Source: Raillietiella orientalis (taxonomy: Eukaryota). Taken from it: a DNA stretch of 64,000 nt. The notes under the pieces are model-generated. The model had not been told where the DNA came from and did not search any database. It saw only the letters and a list, made by a program, of their open reading frames with translations. This document shows, piece by piece, positions 25,148 to 38,192 of this stretch. A program made the position numbers and the translations under genes. Position 1 is the first letter of the stretch, and each line of letters begins with the position of its first letter. The stretch is taken from the NCBI GenBank assembly GCA_036172245.1, contig JAYWIR010000032.1, positions 1,426,001 to 1,490,000 of the forward strand. Direction: 5' to 3'.

Positions 25148-27034
25148 CTAATCACAAAACTTTGTGGATTCTTTGTTTCGGATGCAACATGCCTGTTTCA
25201 AAACACTGTGCAGTTTTTCAATTTCTTTGTCTGTCAGCATACAATTAACAGTTATTCGGATGCTGGGTTTCCTTGGTGACCACTCTTGGTTGTGCAAGTA
25301 TGCAGCCATCGTCAAAGCTATGCCTTTATCCATAGACTAGGAAAGTTTATTCCTATTTTACATTAAAATCAATAGCATACCTGGTTAACAATATTCTGTA
25401 AATATGCAAAATCCGAATCATTATGCTTATGGTATAGATGTTTGACTGGGGAATCAATATGACCTCCAACTTGCAAGGAGGGGATTTTTTCTAAAACATA
25501 ATGAACTTTGTGACAATTGGTGTGGAGATTTTGCAAGAGTTGAGGATTGGATTGAAGTTCCTGCAATGCTTCTATGCCTCCTGCTGCTAGGAGTGATGGG
25601 AGTGATGCAGAGAAGACATAACCTGAAATGATGATTGCATTTTTCTAGAATAAGTAAAACCAACCAAGAGATGCAAGGCGTTGATGATTCAGAACATAAG
25701 AACTTCCGACTGTGAATCCCCCACCAGAACCTAAAGCATGTTCCATAGATCCAGATACCATATCAGCCTCCTCTATCTTTCATTATAACTTTGAAATATA
25801 CACAAATACAGAATCATCAACATACCTTTATATCAAAATAATCAAAGACTCCTTTACCAGAAGGACCCAAAGTTCCTACAGAAATCTGTTCATCAACAAA
25901 CAAACGAAATTTATACTTTTTTCTCAATTCAACAAGTTGTGGTAAAGGACAGATGTTACCAGTATTCATATAGATTCCTTCTACAATCACAAAACGCCGA
26001 GTTACCCTAGCCTTTTTGGGATTCTATAAGCAGATATACAGCAGTTGACACCAAAAGCAAAAGTAACCTGTTCATCTTTCTCTTTCTCGGAGCGCAGAAG
26101 TTCTTCCAAATGAGTCATGTCATTGTGTCGAAAAACAATTACTTGACTTCTTGAAGCCTGAATCCCTTTCTGAATAGCAAAATGCACAGCAACATCTCTA
26201 CCCTACTGGTCCAGCTTCCACCATCTGCATCAACTTACGCCAAAATCACATCACCCCGTTTCGAATACGCAGGAATGGCACTAGCCATAGTAGCCGAACC
26301 AAATGAATATAGGACAGCTGCTTCACATCCCATGAAGTGTGCTAATCGTTTTTCTAGATTCAGGTGTACATCTGCATGCCAAAGTTTTTGTTCACTGGAC
26401 AGTTCGCTTTCATTTACTAGCCTGTAGTTCCATAGAATCCTCTTGGTCCACAAGAACCAACTCCATATTTCTTCACACACTGAGAGGCTGCCTTCAATAC
26501 CATAGCATTTTCACACATTCCCAAATAATTATGAGTTGCCAGATTTAGGTATTTCTGGTTGTTCATTTCTATATATTTTCCAAACTATGCTCAGTAGGGT
26601 GATGGGAACTGATTACCAATTACACGTACCTTGCCTCCCACAACATAAGATGGAACTTGTGTCTGTTGTGCATCCAGATCAGGAACAAGAGGTTCTGGAA
26701 GCCATTCAGAAATCAATGCCTCCTTTTCCTACAATAACCAAATGAGATCAGTCTTATGATGCCTTGGCTCTTACTTGTTCTGTCAGCTCTTCAGTAATGC
26801 TAGGATTGTAGCTTTTTCGTAACAGCAGCCAGATGACCCAAAGAACCAATATTCCCTCTAACAGAAGGTGATACAGTGGAACCTATGATAAAAATTTTAG
26901 ATGTAGTCAAATGAGTACACAGAATAAGTATTCGATGTGTATTCATTAGAGTTTATGTGAATAATGATTCTATTTACTGTTTGTAAAGCAAAGAGAACAT
27001 CACTGGGATTCCAAAATAGGAACATGTTGTGCAT
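25148..27034 (-). CDS. SPTLC1: Serine palmitoyltransferase subunit 1 (multi-exon)
   Basis: The spliced product reads [140 protein letters not shown] and PSIRITVN. These are all LCB1/SPTLC1 hallmarks. ATG at 27034 or 27025; TAG at 25148-25150. Confidence 0.96.
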
Positions 27035-27215
27035 CTTGGCCAAATACAATGTTTGAACGTGATATTTTGGGATCACACAACTATAAACAAACCCAATAAT
27101 ATATGTACAGCATTTTCCTGAAAAACAAAGTTAGTAAGTAGCAAATGTTATGGCATATTTCCAGCTAACAAGCAAGACACAGCATTCCATATATTTCTGT
27201 TAAGTACTAAAATGA

Positions 27216-30200
27216 TTACGATACATTAATTTCGAATAAAGTGCGGGATAAGGGGGGCAACTTGGACAAAATTGAAACCAACGCAAATGGGTTGCTATCT
27301 TGTACTTTACGGGACAAGATATCTGCAACAAGCTGCCGCACTTCAGATCGACTGAGATCTCCTCTCATGCTTAGTAAAGCTATTAGCTGGTCCGGAGACA
27401 CATCTCTGTATTTACTGATAAAACTGTGTAATTCAAGAGATACAAGTTCTGGATCCTTGACTCTGATGACATCTGCTAAATCAGAAATCACCTGACATGT
27501 GCTAGTTTCAACTTTGGGTGAGATTTTTTGAAACAGTTTTTTCAACTTCTGGCTATCTTCTTTAACCCTATCCATCATGATGGTTTTGTCTTCTGATCCT
27601 TTGAAAACGATCTTTTTTTGCAGCATTGAATGAATGTATTTCAAAACCACTTTCTCTTGGGCCTCCCAAACTGCCAACTCAAAGTTTCTAGAATTCAGAT
27701 GGATGTAGTCTTGAAAATAATCTTCTAATGTAACAATGATAGTATCTATGGCTACAGTCGACTGAGGATTCTTCTTGCTTAGCAGATCTGCAAAATGTGG
27801 CTCCATATCCAGAAATGCTTCTTCCAAAAGTACCTGAATTGCTTCATTCCTCATGTTCTGTAAAGTGAAAAGAATTTCAACAAACAAAGACTCCTACTTT
27901 TGTGAAAAATAAGCATGCACTCTGTATTCAATAATATTTTCTTGTTACATCTTTCATTCTTGAATGAGCTACATAACCACCCTAATGAAATGTTTCCTGT
28001 TCTGCCACCACATACTATCATGAATAATGGTCATACTACTGATAGTTACGCATCATTAGCTACAAGCTACAAGAATATTGCTACATTCTGTACATATACG
28101 CCACAGATCTGTTAATTAGTATACAAAAATAGTGAACCAAGAACTCCTAAGTGCAAAGGTTGCTAATACTTAGACTGGACAACTTGATGTGTATTTAAGA
28201 TGCTGTTATAGAATGTATAGTTCAGCTAGTGGATTTTTTTTTTATACACAAATATAAATCGATGTGCATCCATGTCATGTAATCATGCGCGGTTTATTTA
28301 TGCACCCGAACATATGCAACTAAACCTAAATGAACATACAAACATAAAAGCACTGAATGAAAAAGAACTAAAGTTCAAGATTCGAGGTTGAAAAAGACCA
28401 AGCTGATGTGATAAGTATCGTGAAAATGGGAAACTAATGCAACATTACAATTCACTAACTATTTTAGAAAATTCTTTTTTTCGTCTTCATGAAATTCATC
28501 GTCGTTCATTTTGCCATCAGTTATAATTCCATCTTATAACATTCTCTACCTTCCCCACAGGAACCACCTCTTCCTCACTCTCCACTTTACCTTCCTCACA
28601 TTAAAGCCACAATCAATTATTATGTAGGAAAAAAATAATCATGATGATAATTTACTTCCATTCCCTGGAAACAACACTTTATCCCTCTTATCTACAAATA
28701 CAAATAGTAATTCAAAACTGTCAACATTTATCGGGTGCATGGAAATGTAGCATCTTAAATAAACTAAATCAATCAAACATGTCCAAAACCTCAACTGATG
28801 AAATTTTTTTTTTTTAAATTTGGCTTAATTCATTTCCTTAAGTATGTATTCATTCATTAATTTCTTCAAACTGCTAATTACATGCTCACACGTGTCCACA
28901 ACTCATTCAACCATCATAGTAAATTCAGTACTTACCACAAAAGCTGTTTTCATTTCTTCAAATTTATTTTTGCACATTTCATTGTGCAGTCCTTGGTGCA
29001 GGCGTTGATCAAACAGCAAATACATCGAGTCAAGCAACTGGTGGCAATTGTTAGCAATGGCAATCATATAGTGTGTAAAGAATTGCAACTGGTTGCGATC
29101 CATAAAGTGGCGACTTTTGTACACTTTCACTTGCATTTGCAAATCTCGGCAGAGATCCACTGCAGCATCAAGGCTCAGAAGCATAACTTCTTGAGTCAAG
29201 TCCATGCTGAAATATAATGGTTTTTCAGCAATGATCACAGAAATGAAATCTCCACCAGCTAAGCAAAAATTCCAAGCAAGAAAACAGCATTGTATCTGCC
29301 ATATTTACTTAGCATTTATGCATGTATTCAGATTCCTCAGCAATTATACGTATGTTGATGTGGTTTGCTTAACAAAACAATACCTAAATAATAATAAAGA
29401 GCCTCTACAAAGAACACATGTTCCATGATTACCCTTCCAAAAACATTACTAAACTGGAAATATGGCAACAATGCAATGGTGGAAGGTTTGTACTGGGTTA
29501 GGATGCTGCAAGCACAATGCATCATGAAATCTTAATACGTGATTTCTTCAATAAAATCCATGATAAGAAAAATTATTTGAATTAATAAAAGGTGTATACG
29601 ATTAAGATGAACAGTGAATCTTACTACCTATGACTTGGAACTCGGTAAGCAAGCAAATTTACAATTCCATCCCTCTGAAGATGTAGAAACTAAGAGAATA
29701 ATAACGTAGGCTTCATCATTGTACAAAATTTTAGTGTAACGTATAGCTTCCACATTGCACAATAAACAAACAAGCTCCTAGTTCTACACACCTTATTGTA
29801 GCAGCCACTTGCAAATTTTGATCCACAATATTTGAAACAATAATAGGCATGGTGGTGTGATAGCAGCCAAGGGAGTCTTTCTCTGGTGGGTGAGAAGAAT
29901 TCCATTCTTTTACCTCACCTTCCAACATTTTCTTTAACCAGTCTACATAGTTGACGCGAATATTCTGAAAACCCAAGAAATTCTTCAGCATTCTGGATCT
30001 TTCCTTACACTAAGGTATTGTTCTTGTAATTTTTCAACAAATTTGCTTTCAAGAACTGCATCTATTTCATCCATATTCACATTGAGTTCTGGATGTCTCA
30101 TCAACTCTGTCCCAGGGTAAGCATTCAGGGCCCAACTTAATAAAGTTACCAGTTCATTGCCTTGTAGACCTTCTTTAATTAATTCTTTCAACTACCAGCC

Positions 30201-32663
30201 AGAGACATATCAGGTAAACAAGGTTTTATACGCATATATATACATACATGGCTGCGCATAGATTCATGATACATCTTCACATAAGTTTTGAAAATTTCAT
30301 AATGAGGTGGAAAACAGAAGGAGCAAATCAATTTCACAACGCGCAGGTCTTCTAGGATAATTTGCCGATTCATTTCCAAATGCCGGACCAACCACATTTT
30401 GTTATCTGAGCGAGATTCGCAGTGACAACCTTCCAAGCGTTCATTTACTGCATCTTTCAATACTGATAAGGCTTTCTGACGAAACCTTCGGGGACGGCCT
30501 GGAGGCAGAAAGTTCTTTTCTTTATGAATCTGGTAAATTGGATAAACACCCATGAGTACTGGTACTGGATCATAATAGTCAAGTTATACAGTCAACAATA
30601 GGACACCATTTTTTATTTAAAAGAAAGACATGGCAGGTTTTCCTTTTAACATATTGCTTTACAGAAAGGCAAACAGAATTTCATCATATGATTGTGATCT
30701 TCAAGGAAAGTCTTTAAACAATGTTCACAATTACAAATACTTCTACAATTAATAAGTTGTGATAATAATTATTACACCTTATTTCAAAAAGACACACATA
30801 TTGCAATAAATGTTAAAGCTGTTCATATTTTGTGTGTGTGAAGGGAGGAGGGAATAAAGACAGACCCAGAAACACCAATGAAACTGAAACATAAGATTCA
30901 ATGCACTTTCCATATCTGAAATCAAGGAATATTGGTTGATTGATAAAAATTGCCAGCCAAAACAACATTATTTTAAATTACATCATTGTGAAGATCGTAT
31001 GAAGCATGGAAATTAACTGCTTTTGGATAAAATTGACTGGGTAAGAATTTCACAGTTGATTAAAGCATATAAAGAATCACATGATATAGATATTCAAAAT
31101 ATCATTGTTAAAAAATAATCAAACTACCTTTATGAAGCTAATTGAGGTCATGATTGAGAACTTTTTCTGCAGCCCAAGAATGCAAATAATAATACACAAA
31201 CAACAGCATTTTATGATAATCAGTAAGTAAAGAGAATTTTCTAGACCTGTTAATTTATATATACATTATTTGGTACACTGACAATGGAAAGCAAAATGAA
31301 AAAGCATGGGTGGCCAATACTTGCATTGTCATCAAATTTGCAACACAATCAGTTACATTTAAATGGGTGACTCTTCCATGCTCATCCATAATGCTTATAC
31401 ATTTAAATCATAATATAAATTACCATGAAAGATATGCAGTCACTTTAAATCACCCTGGCCTGAGACATTGCAAATTATCTTACCAACAGAACATTTTCAT
31501 CTAATTTTTCTTCTCTTTCCACAATTCGAATGGCTGTCACTATAACTGTGGGCTCTTTTCTCACAGTATTTAATGTACGTGAAAGGCATAGCCATAACTG
31601 TTTTCCCAGCAAATCATAAAGAGCTTCAACCTCACTGAAGTACGAAGACAAAATCATCAAATTGTTATCCCTTTGCTGGGGCAAATTATGTATTTCCAAA
31701 AGCAAGTCATTTCTGGAGAGTTCCAGTTCCGATAAATTCTGAAACATTTTCATTTTTTGCAGATACTAGTAGAATGTATGCTTTTAACAAATCAGGCATC
31801 CTTCTTTCGATAACTCTTAAAGGTCAAGAAAGCAGTTATACATAGGAATGCAAACTCATGTTGAGCATGAAATAGCCTATGACATTTGAGCAGAAATAAA
31901 AAAAATATACGGAAAATCCCTAGGAAATGTTTAAAGTTCTTACATGATGAGCATGGAGATACTTTTCCTCTTCTATGAGTTTCCTTATTTTATTTGTTGA
32001 TTCAGGAACATCGTAAATATGTTTAAGATTCTGCATTGTGACAACATATTGAGAGTACTTTATCTGTTCTTGCTGGACAACTGATAACTCTTGGACTAAA
32101 TGTGGCACATTATCAAGATTTTGGACAAGTTTTTCCATGCTAGTTCGTTAACAGTAAATTAGTATCAGACATAAACTTGCTTGCAAAGAGTTTAATCATT
32201 TAAGACTAAATTAAAGTATGGAACAATATATGGTTTTGGTCTCTTTCAAAATTATTTGCTTGTTAAAATAACTTCAAAATCAAGAGCTTACATCAACATT
32301 TAATTAAACAGCATATAATGAGAAATAATTAAAGATTGCTGCTTCTGGATTGATTCAAGATTTCGGAAGTGTATAGGGGAACCCGGATAGCTGATAAAAC
32401 TTATGAAAAATGTACCTTTCTTCGACAATGTTGGAATCATCTAGGGCTTCTTTCAATTTCTGCATGCCTATTCTAATTCTGTCAAGTTGATTTTGCAATG
32501 CTGTTTTCAACATGGCCTCAACTGACAACTTTTTTCGTAGTTCCCTTTTCTTATAATGATCAATCTTTTCTAACTGATCTGATCGTTGAAGCAAGTTTGA
32601 AACATGTGTAATTGCACTCCTCTGTGCTTCCTTTTCCAATTCTTCAATGTAAGACATCACCAT
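27216..32663 (-). CDS. EXOC3: Exocyst complex component 3 (Sec6), multi-exon
   Basis: Exon peptides LLQRSDQLEKIDHYKKRELRKKLSVEAMLKTALQNQLD, RTLNTVRKEPTVIVTAIRIVEREEKLD, FLPPGRPRRFRQK, NKMWLVRHLEMNRQIILEDLRVVK...CFPPHYEIF, YHTTMPIIV, YMIAIANNC and AIDTIIVTLEDYFQDY match the Sec6 family. Approximate exons: 32663-32416, 32140-31942, 31737-31492, 30532-30249, 30194-30010, 29964-29791, 29206-28933 and 27857-27216. Confidence 0.96.
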
Positions 32664-33139
32664 CGAAATTTATGCACGGGAAAAAAGGGCTGATTTGGAA
32701 ATGAACCGAAGAGTTTCCAAAGAACGGTTGAACATCACCGTTTCGGGGTTGGTATGCATCAACTTGTGATCAACAACATTTGGGACTCGGCATTCCAAAG
32801 AACTGTGCCCGAATCCACACACGGAGTGTCCTTACCATGTGGACGATGACAGTTGCTGGTTTACACTAAGGGCACTCACCTGTCAGAAAAACACCACCTC
32901 CCAGGTCACACACTCCAGTCCTCACACAGGGAAACGGCTGGAACGCAGGGGATCGGTTTGGTTCAAGTTCAGGTTCAAGTTCACATGGAGGCCATCGCTG
33001 ACACACCGAACGAGTGCCAAACTGCTCAAAGGAAAACGCCTTCAGCCAAAAATGCAGCGACCAAAAAAATGACTGCGAGTTTTCCGGAGCACTTGAAATC
33101 AAGATGCTCTCTACGCGTGATTCAGGATGAACACTTCGC

Positions 33140-33229
33140 ATCCATCAACACGCTGCACATGATGAATCCATGAACACGCTGCATCCATGAACACGTTGCA
33201 CATGATGAACCCATGAACACGCTGCATCC
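33140..33229 (+). repeat. Short compound tandem repeat upstream of EXOC3
   Basis: Four copies of a CCATGAACACGCTGCA-like unit, with CATGATGAA inserted after alternate copies. Confidence 0.8.
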
Positions 33230-35618
33230 GACGCGCAAACGGGAAGACTTCTTCGTCTTCTTCTTGAACTTGCTCGTCTCCGGCACCAAACCGGTGCCTT
33301 ACCTCACTCCGATTCTACAGGTGGCTAGGTTTATAGATACGAGGAAAACACAGACTTGTAGACGCGTGGACGTCACAGCTCCACGCTCTTGCCAGCCAAA
33401 TGGCTTACGAGTGTTCTTCCCACCCGAACTCTCCCCGAGAGAGGGAAACAGGCGGCATGCCGGGAATCGCGAGTGGGACTCCCGAGTTTTTCTTCTGTGG
33501 TTCCACTCCCGTCGTGCCCCGTAGATGAGAGGTGGCCACCCTGCGCACGCTGCAAAGCACTTCGCTTCCCGAGTGTTTCTGCGCGCCCGGAGGCCGAGTC
33601 CCGGCGCGGAAGAGCAGCACGACGTCGCCCGACACTGTACACGCTTCGGCTGTACGTACACTAAAATCGGAACGATACAGGGAAGATTAGCAAGGCTCCT
33701 GCCCAAGGATGACACGCAAGATGCCGCAACTCGAAGCCCGTCGTTTACAGGTTTTGGGGTTCAAGCGGGTTTTGGGACCACGGCTGTCCGGAGAACGGGG
33801 TTCTCCTCCCAAGGAATGCAAGAGCAAACCGGTTCCTGCAAGCCGTTGCGATTTTCACTGTGAAATGGCATTTCCGCGGCTAAGCAAAATACACAAACTG
33901 GTTATGCAAATGCATTTCAAAGCAAACCCGTTTATGATGACAGCATCCCCTTTGTAACGTTCTGCGAGAGAGTGGGGGGGGGGGGGCAGACAGGAGATGA
34001 AAAGAAAGCTACACCTGTGAAGCCAAAAAAAAAAAAAGAAAATACGCATGCGGTGCTTTCCACACTAAGCGTGTCAAATGACTGCTTTTCCGAGAATGCT
34101 GTGAGAAAAATGTGTGATTGTCGAAAAAGGAAGGACAGAAGGAGAAGGCTTTCTCTTGGATCGCACGCGGGTATCGGCTCTTGTCCACGATCCACAGGCG
34201 GTTTGAAAATCTACATTCCAATCCTTCAGTTTCAAAAAAGCGTTTCAAAGTTTCAAAAGATGTTTGCCTTCCTCAGAGACGCCCAAAAGCTGCATCTTCA
34301 GTGCCAAAAAGCAAAACGACAAAATCCTCAAAAAAAAAAAAAAAGAGTATAAATGTAGAACAATACTATTATTCCACATTCCTAGCAGTAACCGCAATGA
34401 CCACGAAACGCATTCTGTGACCACTTACCTTCAAGAGCTGTGCTTGAAGGAAGGATGCTCAACACATTTTGTACCGGAAGACGATTTTCAGGCTCTTCGA
34501 TTGCCGAGGTCAGTCCGTCAGAAGGATCTGCTAAATTTTTGGTAAGGCATTCGTATTTTACGCTGACTTGTAAGCAACTGTACAATGAGCTCTCCAATGA
34601 GTCTTTGCAAATTAAAAAATGTTGACCGTCCACGGTGGCTGTTTGTGCGTATCGTGATGTTCCGTTACATGAGGGCGGTCGTTATGAGCGCCGTCGCACC
34701 TCAAAGAAATACGGAAAAATTTGCCGACAATTTTGATGAATTCTATGTTCCAATCTAATGTCACATAACATACGATGTCATTGTCATATATTACATGGCA
34801 ATGTTGCCGAGGTATAGTGCTTTACAAATGGGCCCTCACGCCCCCGCGAGATGGCCCCAACGGGGCCGGCACTGGCGACCCACCAGGCCCAACCGAGTCG
34901 GCAGTTCGTGAGTGGCGACCGCAGGCACGAGCGGCGTTAAGAAGCAGCAGAAGAAGAAAACAGAAACCTTTACTCAGTAAGATGTTTCCATTTGCACGAA
35001 TTGCCCGCGTTTTGATCATCACCCGGAAACTTCCTTCAGTTCAGTTTCCTTTTCCGCCGATGCTTATGTCTGTTTCAGTTGGATGTGCACGAGAGTGGCT
35101 TTCCGTTTCTATCGAATTCCCTTGTTCGGCTGCTCGGGATTTCGATTCCCGGAGTGGTACAGGGAGCATTCGATACTCAGTCGCCTTTGCTGGGATCCAA
35201 ATTTTGAAAACGCTGTTGCCTTTATAGAATGTTGCTGATCGCGGCGAGATGAATAGTCGAAATGAAAAAAAAAAAAAAATTTGATTCTGGATGATGAAAT
35301 AAAAGAAATTAAATTGTTGAACAGGAACGAGGAGATTTTTATGACCGAAACTTAGTAACATTACAAAAGTAGAAAGAATGATAGTGTACGGTAAATGGTG
35401 ATGATGGTGACACGATATAAAATTTTGTTCAATCTTCTCCACGAATTGTTTTGTCCCGTATTCTTCTCAGGAGGCGAACAGGAAGGCAGGCACTTTCTGA
35501 CCACTCAATAGCTAAACTGAAAGAGTGGCCAATAACTTTGTATCAATATCGAATTTTTGAACCTTGCTTACTCTCATCTAAATTTTCTTCTGCATGCTCC
35601 ATAGGAGCGTTCATAATA

Positions 35619-36330
35619 GTTTTTCACCCGGATATGCCGGGGCATTTATTATTAAAATGTTGTAGTAAAGTCTATGAGTTTTTTTTTTTTTTTTTTTCCC
35701 TCCAGGCAGAACACGTGGTTCTGCCTGTCTTGCAACACTTGTCTTTACCGGCTTGGGGGCCGGCGAGGTTCTCACCGCTGGCGAAGGGGATGGGAAGACC
35801 ACAAAAAAACAGGAAAAATAAAGAAAGAAAAAGGGGAGGGCAATGTTCCCTGGGGGGGACGGGGGGACGGAAGGGATCATAGTTCGCCGCGAATGGTCCT
35901 CTGCATCCGGTTTTGGATGCGGACAAGTGCTGGTCTTAAAGTTCGTCGCCGGCGCCACCGGGAAGTCTTCTCCATGGAGACGGCCGCCCAGTGAATGGGC
36001 GTTGCGGCTGTTGCGGCCTCGCATCGACGCAGACCATTTTGCCAGGATGCCGCGTATGCAGCAGAGAACTGCTGGCAGGGCGTCCCGCATGAGGTGGTGA
36101 CGAAAAATGGCCACCGGCATGTTCAGAACCGACGACAGCCGATTCCACATTGCGCGGAGGGAGGCACACTCGATGATGAGGTGGGGGAAGGTTCCCCGTT
36201 CCCCGCAGCCTGCACAATTGGCATCCACACTCCCTAATGTCCAGTGGGAGAGGCGTGCTCCCCAATGCAGCACTAGCAACGCAGTCTCCTGCCAACCCAA
36301 GGGGAGGGTGCCCTTGCCCCAACTCTCATA
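35619..36330 (-). mobile_element. 5'-truncated non-LTR retrotransposon 3' end (zf-RVT-like CCHC), copy A
   Basis: WQETALLVLHWGARLSHWTLGSVDANCAGCGERGTFPHLIIECASLRAMWNRL has the C-x2-C...H-x4-C...W pattern of the zinc-binding region downstream of RT in L1/Tx1-type elements. It is homologous to 58246-59447 and 60190-60824. Confidence 0.75.
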
Positions 36331-36576
36331 ATGGTATTACAGATCGTAAACGTGATTTCATTCATTTTCTCCTTCCGCACATTCCAGGGAGCGGCATCAC
36401 AAATGTTCACTACCGTGAGACAAAAGGCAGTTATGGAAGCTGTTCAAACTATAAGTAAAAATAATGATAATGTCACGTGTAAATCACGACTGCAAAATGC
36501 AATATCACTGTCATATATTTAGGAAGGTCAATTATAATAATGCGATAAAAGACTCTACATAACAAACGAATGCCTC

Positions 36577-36577
<1 letters not shown>

Positions 36578-36605
<28 letters not shown>
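36578..36605. repeat. (TA)n microsatellite
   Basis: Directly visible. Confidence 0.9.
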
Positions 36606-36610
<5 letters not shown>

Positions 36611-37909
36611 TTTAAAAAATTGCAAGTCGCTCTTGTACTACTAGCCATTCTGTCTCCTTGGCTTTCGTGTTTTCCCCTAAATCATTCTCTGATTCGTTCT
36701 TTGATAGATAATTTGCTGCGGTTCTTCTTCTTTGTGAGCTCCTTCCCGTTTCAATGGCATTCTGAAACGGACGTGTTCAGTGCAGAACCACGGATTCTGA
36801 CGAAACTGAGAGCGTAAAAATGCAGGTACGTCCACCATTCCGAGTCCACGCCTTGAAGTTTGCATCTGTTCCTTCCACCAGATAAGCGATGGTCTTTCAG
36901 TGGGCGTTTTCTCGTGCTCGATATTTGAAATGTTCGTTTGGTTGTTTACTCGTCCTCCCTCTCCCCCCCCCTCTCTCTCTCTCTCTCTCCCCCCAGACAA
37001 GCGAGGTCGATGTCACGTTTGCGTAGGTGCAGATGAGTGATCCTGAAAAATGCATGAAGGGCATCAAAAGGAAACGGAACCTTGCGGAAATTAGGAGAGG
37101 AAGGAAGATCGTGGCGAGAAAGATTGGTCCTGCAAGCGAAATTTCTGACACATTAGGTAACGTCTCCATTCGGCCCAGTAGGCAGGCGACTGTGAAGGGG
37201 ATTCCTCGAGGTCCGGAAGTCACCACGAATATATGGCCTTTCATGCACGCCCAGAATACTATTTGGGAGCATCCTTCATGTGCACAAGGAGACGGCCGTG
37301 GAAGCGATGCCGGGCGAAACTCACAGATTCGTTCTTCAAAATGATGCAGCTTCCAACTCATCCGGCTGGAGAGGCAGAAGTGACGAGAAGAACCGGAAAC
37401 GAACTGAATGCACAGAGAACCACCAAGGAGGAAAAAGGGGAAAAAAAAATATGCGGGAGGAAGAACCAGACGCGAAAGAGGTTCCAGAGGAAGAGCAAAA
37501 AAAAACCATACGATGACGGACAGAGATAAATGACGAATGATAAGAATGACAAAAGGATCAAGGGGAGGATGAGAAGAGATGCCTGACCATTGGTTATTGG
37601 CCTCTAAGGTGCTAAGACATTCTGCAGTTCCAAGGTTCTTACCACTTCTCGTAGAAGCTTCAAAAGGTGTCCGGGAGAGCAATTCATCAGATGCCGAACA
37701 TCCACAAACTTCCCCGGAGGAATTTCTCGGCACAGTCCACGTGGACTGCACGCGATCCAATCAAGTGCGAGGGAAAAAAATTGGGGCTATCGAAGGAGAG
37801 GCGGAAACGAAATCAGGGGTTGTTTCCGGAGCCTGGATGAAGCCAGTAGAGCCACCTCCGGCCTGTCGTGCATCACCTTGACGCCCGGTGGGCGTTGCTT
37901 TCACCAGAG

Positions 37910-38082
37910 AACGGAGAAAGAGATGGAGGAAGGGAGGAGGAGAAGACGAGGAGATGTGGAGGAAGGAAGGAGGAAAGGAGGAGGAGGGGGGAAGAGAGAA
38001 AGGGGGAAAGAAGGAGGAGAAAGGAAGGAAGAGAAGACGAGGAAGGGAAGAGGAAAGGAGAGGGAGGAGGAAGAAGAAAGAG
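37910..38082 (+). repeat. Polypurine (GA-rich) low-complexity tract
   Basis: About 170 nt composed almost entirely of G and A. Confidence 0.85.
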
Positions 38083-38137
38083 ATTGGCCGAAACTGCTGG
38101 TCCAGAGCACGAGCAGCGCCTGTCTCGTGTAATCGCA

Positions 38138-38192
38138 GTCCCAGCGCTGGGAGTGGACGTGCGTTTTGCACGTCCACTCCCAGTGCCGGGAC
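38138..38192. repeat. Inverted repeat / hairpin, 25-bp stem and 5-nt loop
   Basis: GTCCC-A-GCGCTGGGAGTGGACGTGC-GTTTT-GCACGTCCACTCCCAGTGC-C-GGGAC, with one A-C mismatch and one G-U pair. Confidence 0.9.

Noticed and set aside
34820..34965. Short GC-rich patch ending in a GAA-like tail, as a SINE or RTE 3' end
   Set aside because: It is single-copy in the window, with no target-site duplication or Pol III boxes identified.
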